Below, piece after piece: positions 62,648 through 64,000 of a DNA stretch of 64,000 nt. Position 1 is the stretch's first letter; each line of letters begins with the position of its first letter. Source of the stretch: Tubulanus polymorphus (lineage: Eukaryota; Animalia; Nemertea). The position numbers were made by a program, and so were the translations under genes. The DNA is taken from positions 6,572,001 through 6,636,000 of the forward strand of contig NC_134031.1 of NCBI RefSeq assembly GCF_964204645.1, written 5' to 3'. Below the pieces are notes generated by a model. The model searched no databases and was not told the origin of the DNA. It saw nothing but the letters and a program-made list of their open reading frames with translations.

Positions 62648-63129
62648 TGAAAGATCTACTCGGTATATGGATGAAGGTGGCTGTCACCAGTGCGCGGTAC
62701 GAACCAATCACTATTCTAAACTTAAACATCAATCACTCCGACTAGAGTAAATTGACATCATCGCTCATAGTTCATTCAGATCATCGAATAAATCTGCATC
62801 TTTAATGATCCAAACCATTAAGCAAACTGCGAGAAGTAGGAACTTCCAATCGTAAACCATTTGACTGTTGCAAATTTCGGTTTATTTTATTTCGGTTTCT
62901 CGATTACCATGGCAACCGTTCGTAGATATTTCAAAGAGAATTCAAAACATTTCTGGTTTTTCTCGCGCGGGAAAACCAAAATGTTTTGAATTCTCGCGCG
63001 AGAGAACCTAAAATGGGCCATTGCGAAAATTCCTCGTTGAGCCATACAGGAGATTCTCATGGCCCGAATCAGCCACCATACCTCAGGGGCTCCGTACATG
63101 GGTTATATACTTAATCACGTATCACCACA

Positions 63130-63562
63130 ATGGGTAAAGAATACAGGGGAAGTTTGGACCAAGCAAAATCTGGTAAAATGTGTCAGCCGTGGAATTCTCA
63201 ATCACCTCATCAACATGCCCACTACGATATGCTCCCCGACCGAGAAACAGCTTCGAATTACTGCAGGAATCCGGATGACGAACCTGAAGGGCCCTGGTGT
63301 TATACTATGGACCCCTATACACGTTGGGAATACTGCGATATAGGATTCTGTAAAGGAATGGCTCCTGAATGTGAAACTACCCAGAAAGGTCGTGAATATC
63401 AAGGCTTAGCGAATACAACTCGAAGCGGTTTGAAATGTCAGCGTTAGGACAGACAAACACCGCATAATCACACGAACTTCGAGTTGTTGGCCGATCGTTC
63501 TCACGCGGAGAATTACTTCAGGAACCCGGATAATGAACCGGAAGGACCCTGATGTTATACTG
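63130..63562 (+). pseudogene. Kringle pseudo-exon copy 2 (one complete and one truncated kringle)
   Basis: GKEYRG...NYCRNPD...GPWCYTMDPYTRWEYC, then GREYQG...CQR* (TAG 63445) and GP* (TGA 63550); breaks off into AT-rich DNA. Confidence 0.85.
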
Positions 63563-63565
63563 TGA

Positions 63566-63853
63566 GTAATTGTATATATATATATTAAATTTAAAAAGTT
63601 AAATGAAATAACATTACATACGAAATATTTAATTACAAATATTGAAACAATTACTAATAGATATGGCAATGAATTAGTGATTTACTTAGAATATGAAGGG
63701 TTAAAAGGAAATAAACATAAATTCAGAACATATTTACCAGATAGATTTCATAGATTATCTAGTGAAGATATTGAAGAATTATGTTCTGGTGATTTCTATT
63801 TCATATACAAAGGTAAGAATGAAAAAGGATGTCATGATATAGATTTTGATTAA
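63566..63853 (+). CDS. 95-codon open frame without in-frame ATG, putative small OB-fold-like protein
   Basis: ...IKFKKLNEITLHTKYLITNIETITNRYGNELVIYLEYEGLKGNKHKFRTYLPDRFHRLSSEDIEELCSGDFYFIYKGKNEKGCHDIDFD*; stop-free in very AT-rich DNA; absent from the ORF track. Confidence 0.55.
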   Translation, partial: VIVYIYIKFKKLNEITLHTKYLITNIETITNRYGNELVIYLEYEGLKGNKHKFRTYLPDRFHRLSSEDIEELCSGDFYFIYKGKNEKGCHDIDFD

Positions 63854-63889
63854 TACAAAATCAATTTAAATAAAAAATTTGATATTAAA

Positions 63890-64000
63890 ATGGAAGCAAA
63901 TAAGAAGTACTACTGTCCAACATGTAAAATCAATATAGATAAATCTCAAAAAGCAAGACATAATAATACTAAATCTCACTTAGAGAATAAATTGAAATTA
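63890..64000 (+). CDS. Partial zinc-finger gene (MEANKKYYCPTCKINIDKSQKARHNNTKSHLENKLKL...)
   Basis: Diverged homologue of 52122-52388, truncated by the window end. Confidence 0.7.
   Translation, partial: MEANKKYYCPTCKINIDKSQKARHNNTKSHLENKLKL

Larger units (their letters stand above)
63563..64000 (+). mobile_element. Third member of the AT-rich element family (runs off the window)
   Basis: Shares aaaatcaatttaaa...tattaaaATGGAAGCAAAT and the ZnF gene with copy 1, but carries a different upstream gene. Confidence 0.8.

Noticed and set aside
63562-63567. GTGAGT as a splice donor making the AT-rich element an intron of the kringle gene
   Set aside because: The paralogous kringle continues uninterrupted here (56290 onward) and the exon already has upstream stops; likely a chance junction sequence

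Overview
Animal (invertebrate, probably lophotrochozoan; taxon is inference) genomic DNA with spliceosomal introns and many repeats. Host genes: a 2-exon aminergic-like class A GPCR with atypical motifs (25486-28410, +), a 6-exon C6orf136/DUF2358-like gene (34182-39909, -), an intronless LicD-family type II membrane protein (43817-44785, -), and two ~95% identical intronless peptide-receptor-like GPCRs (50177-51280 and 61544-62647, -). The GPCR pair lies in a segmental duplication together with a kringle pseudo-exon. Mobile DNA includes a 5'-truncated LINE, L2/CR1 fragments, a copia gag-protease fragment, a DNA transposase fragment, many MITEs and Penelope-type minimal hammerhead ribozymes. 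The most unusual feature is an extremely AT-rich, gene-dense, virus/linear-plasmid-like element family seen three times (51950-56208, 57468-58382, 63563-end). The complete copy has ~950-bp terminal inverted repeats containing a zinc-finger gene and 92-bp tandem arrays, a terminal hairpin, internal palindromes and small intronless ZnF / putative OB-fold / membrane-peptide ORFs. It has no transposase and no target-site duplication, and two element junctions fall at nearly the same position of kringle repeats. All calls come from reading the sequence by eye; no searches were run.
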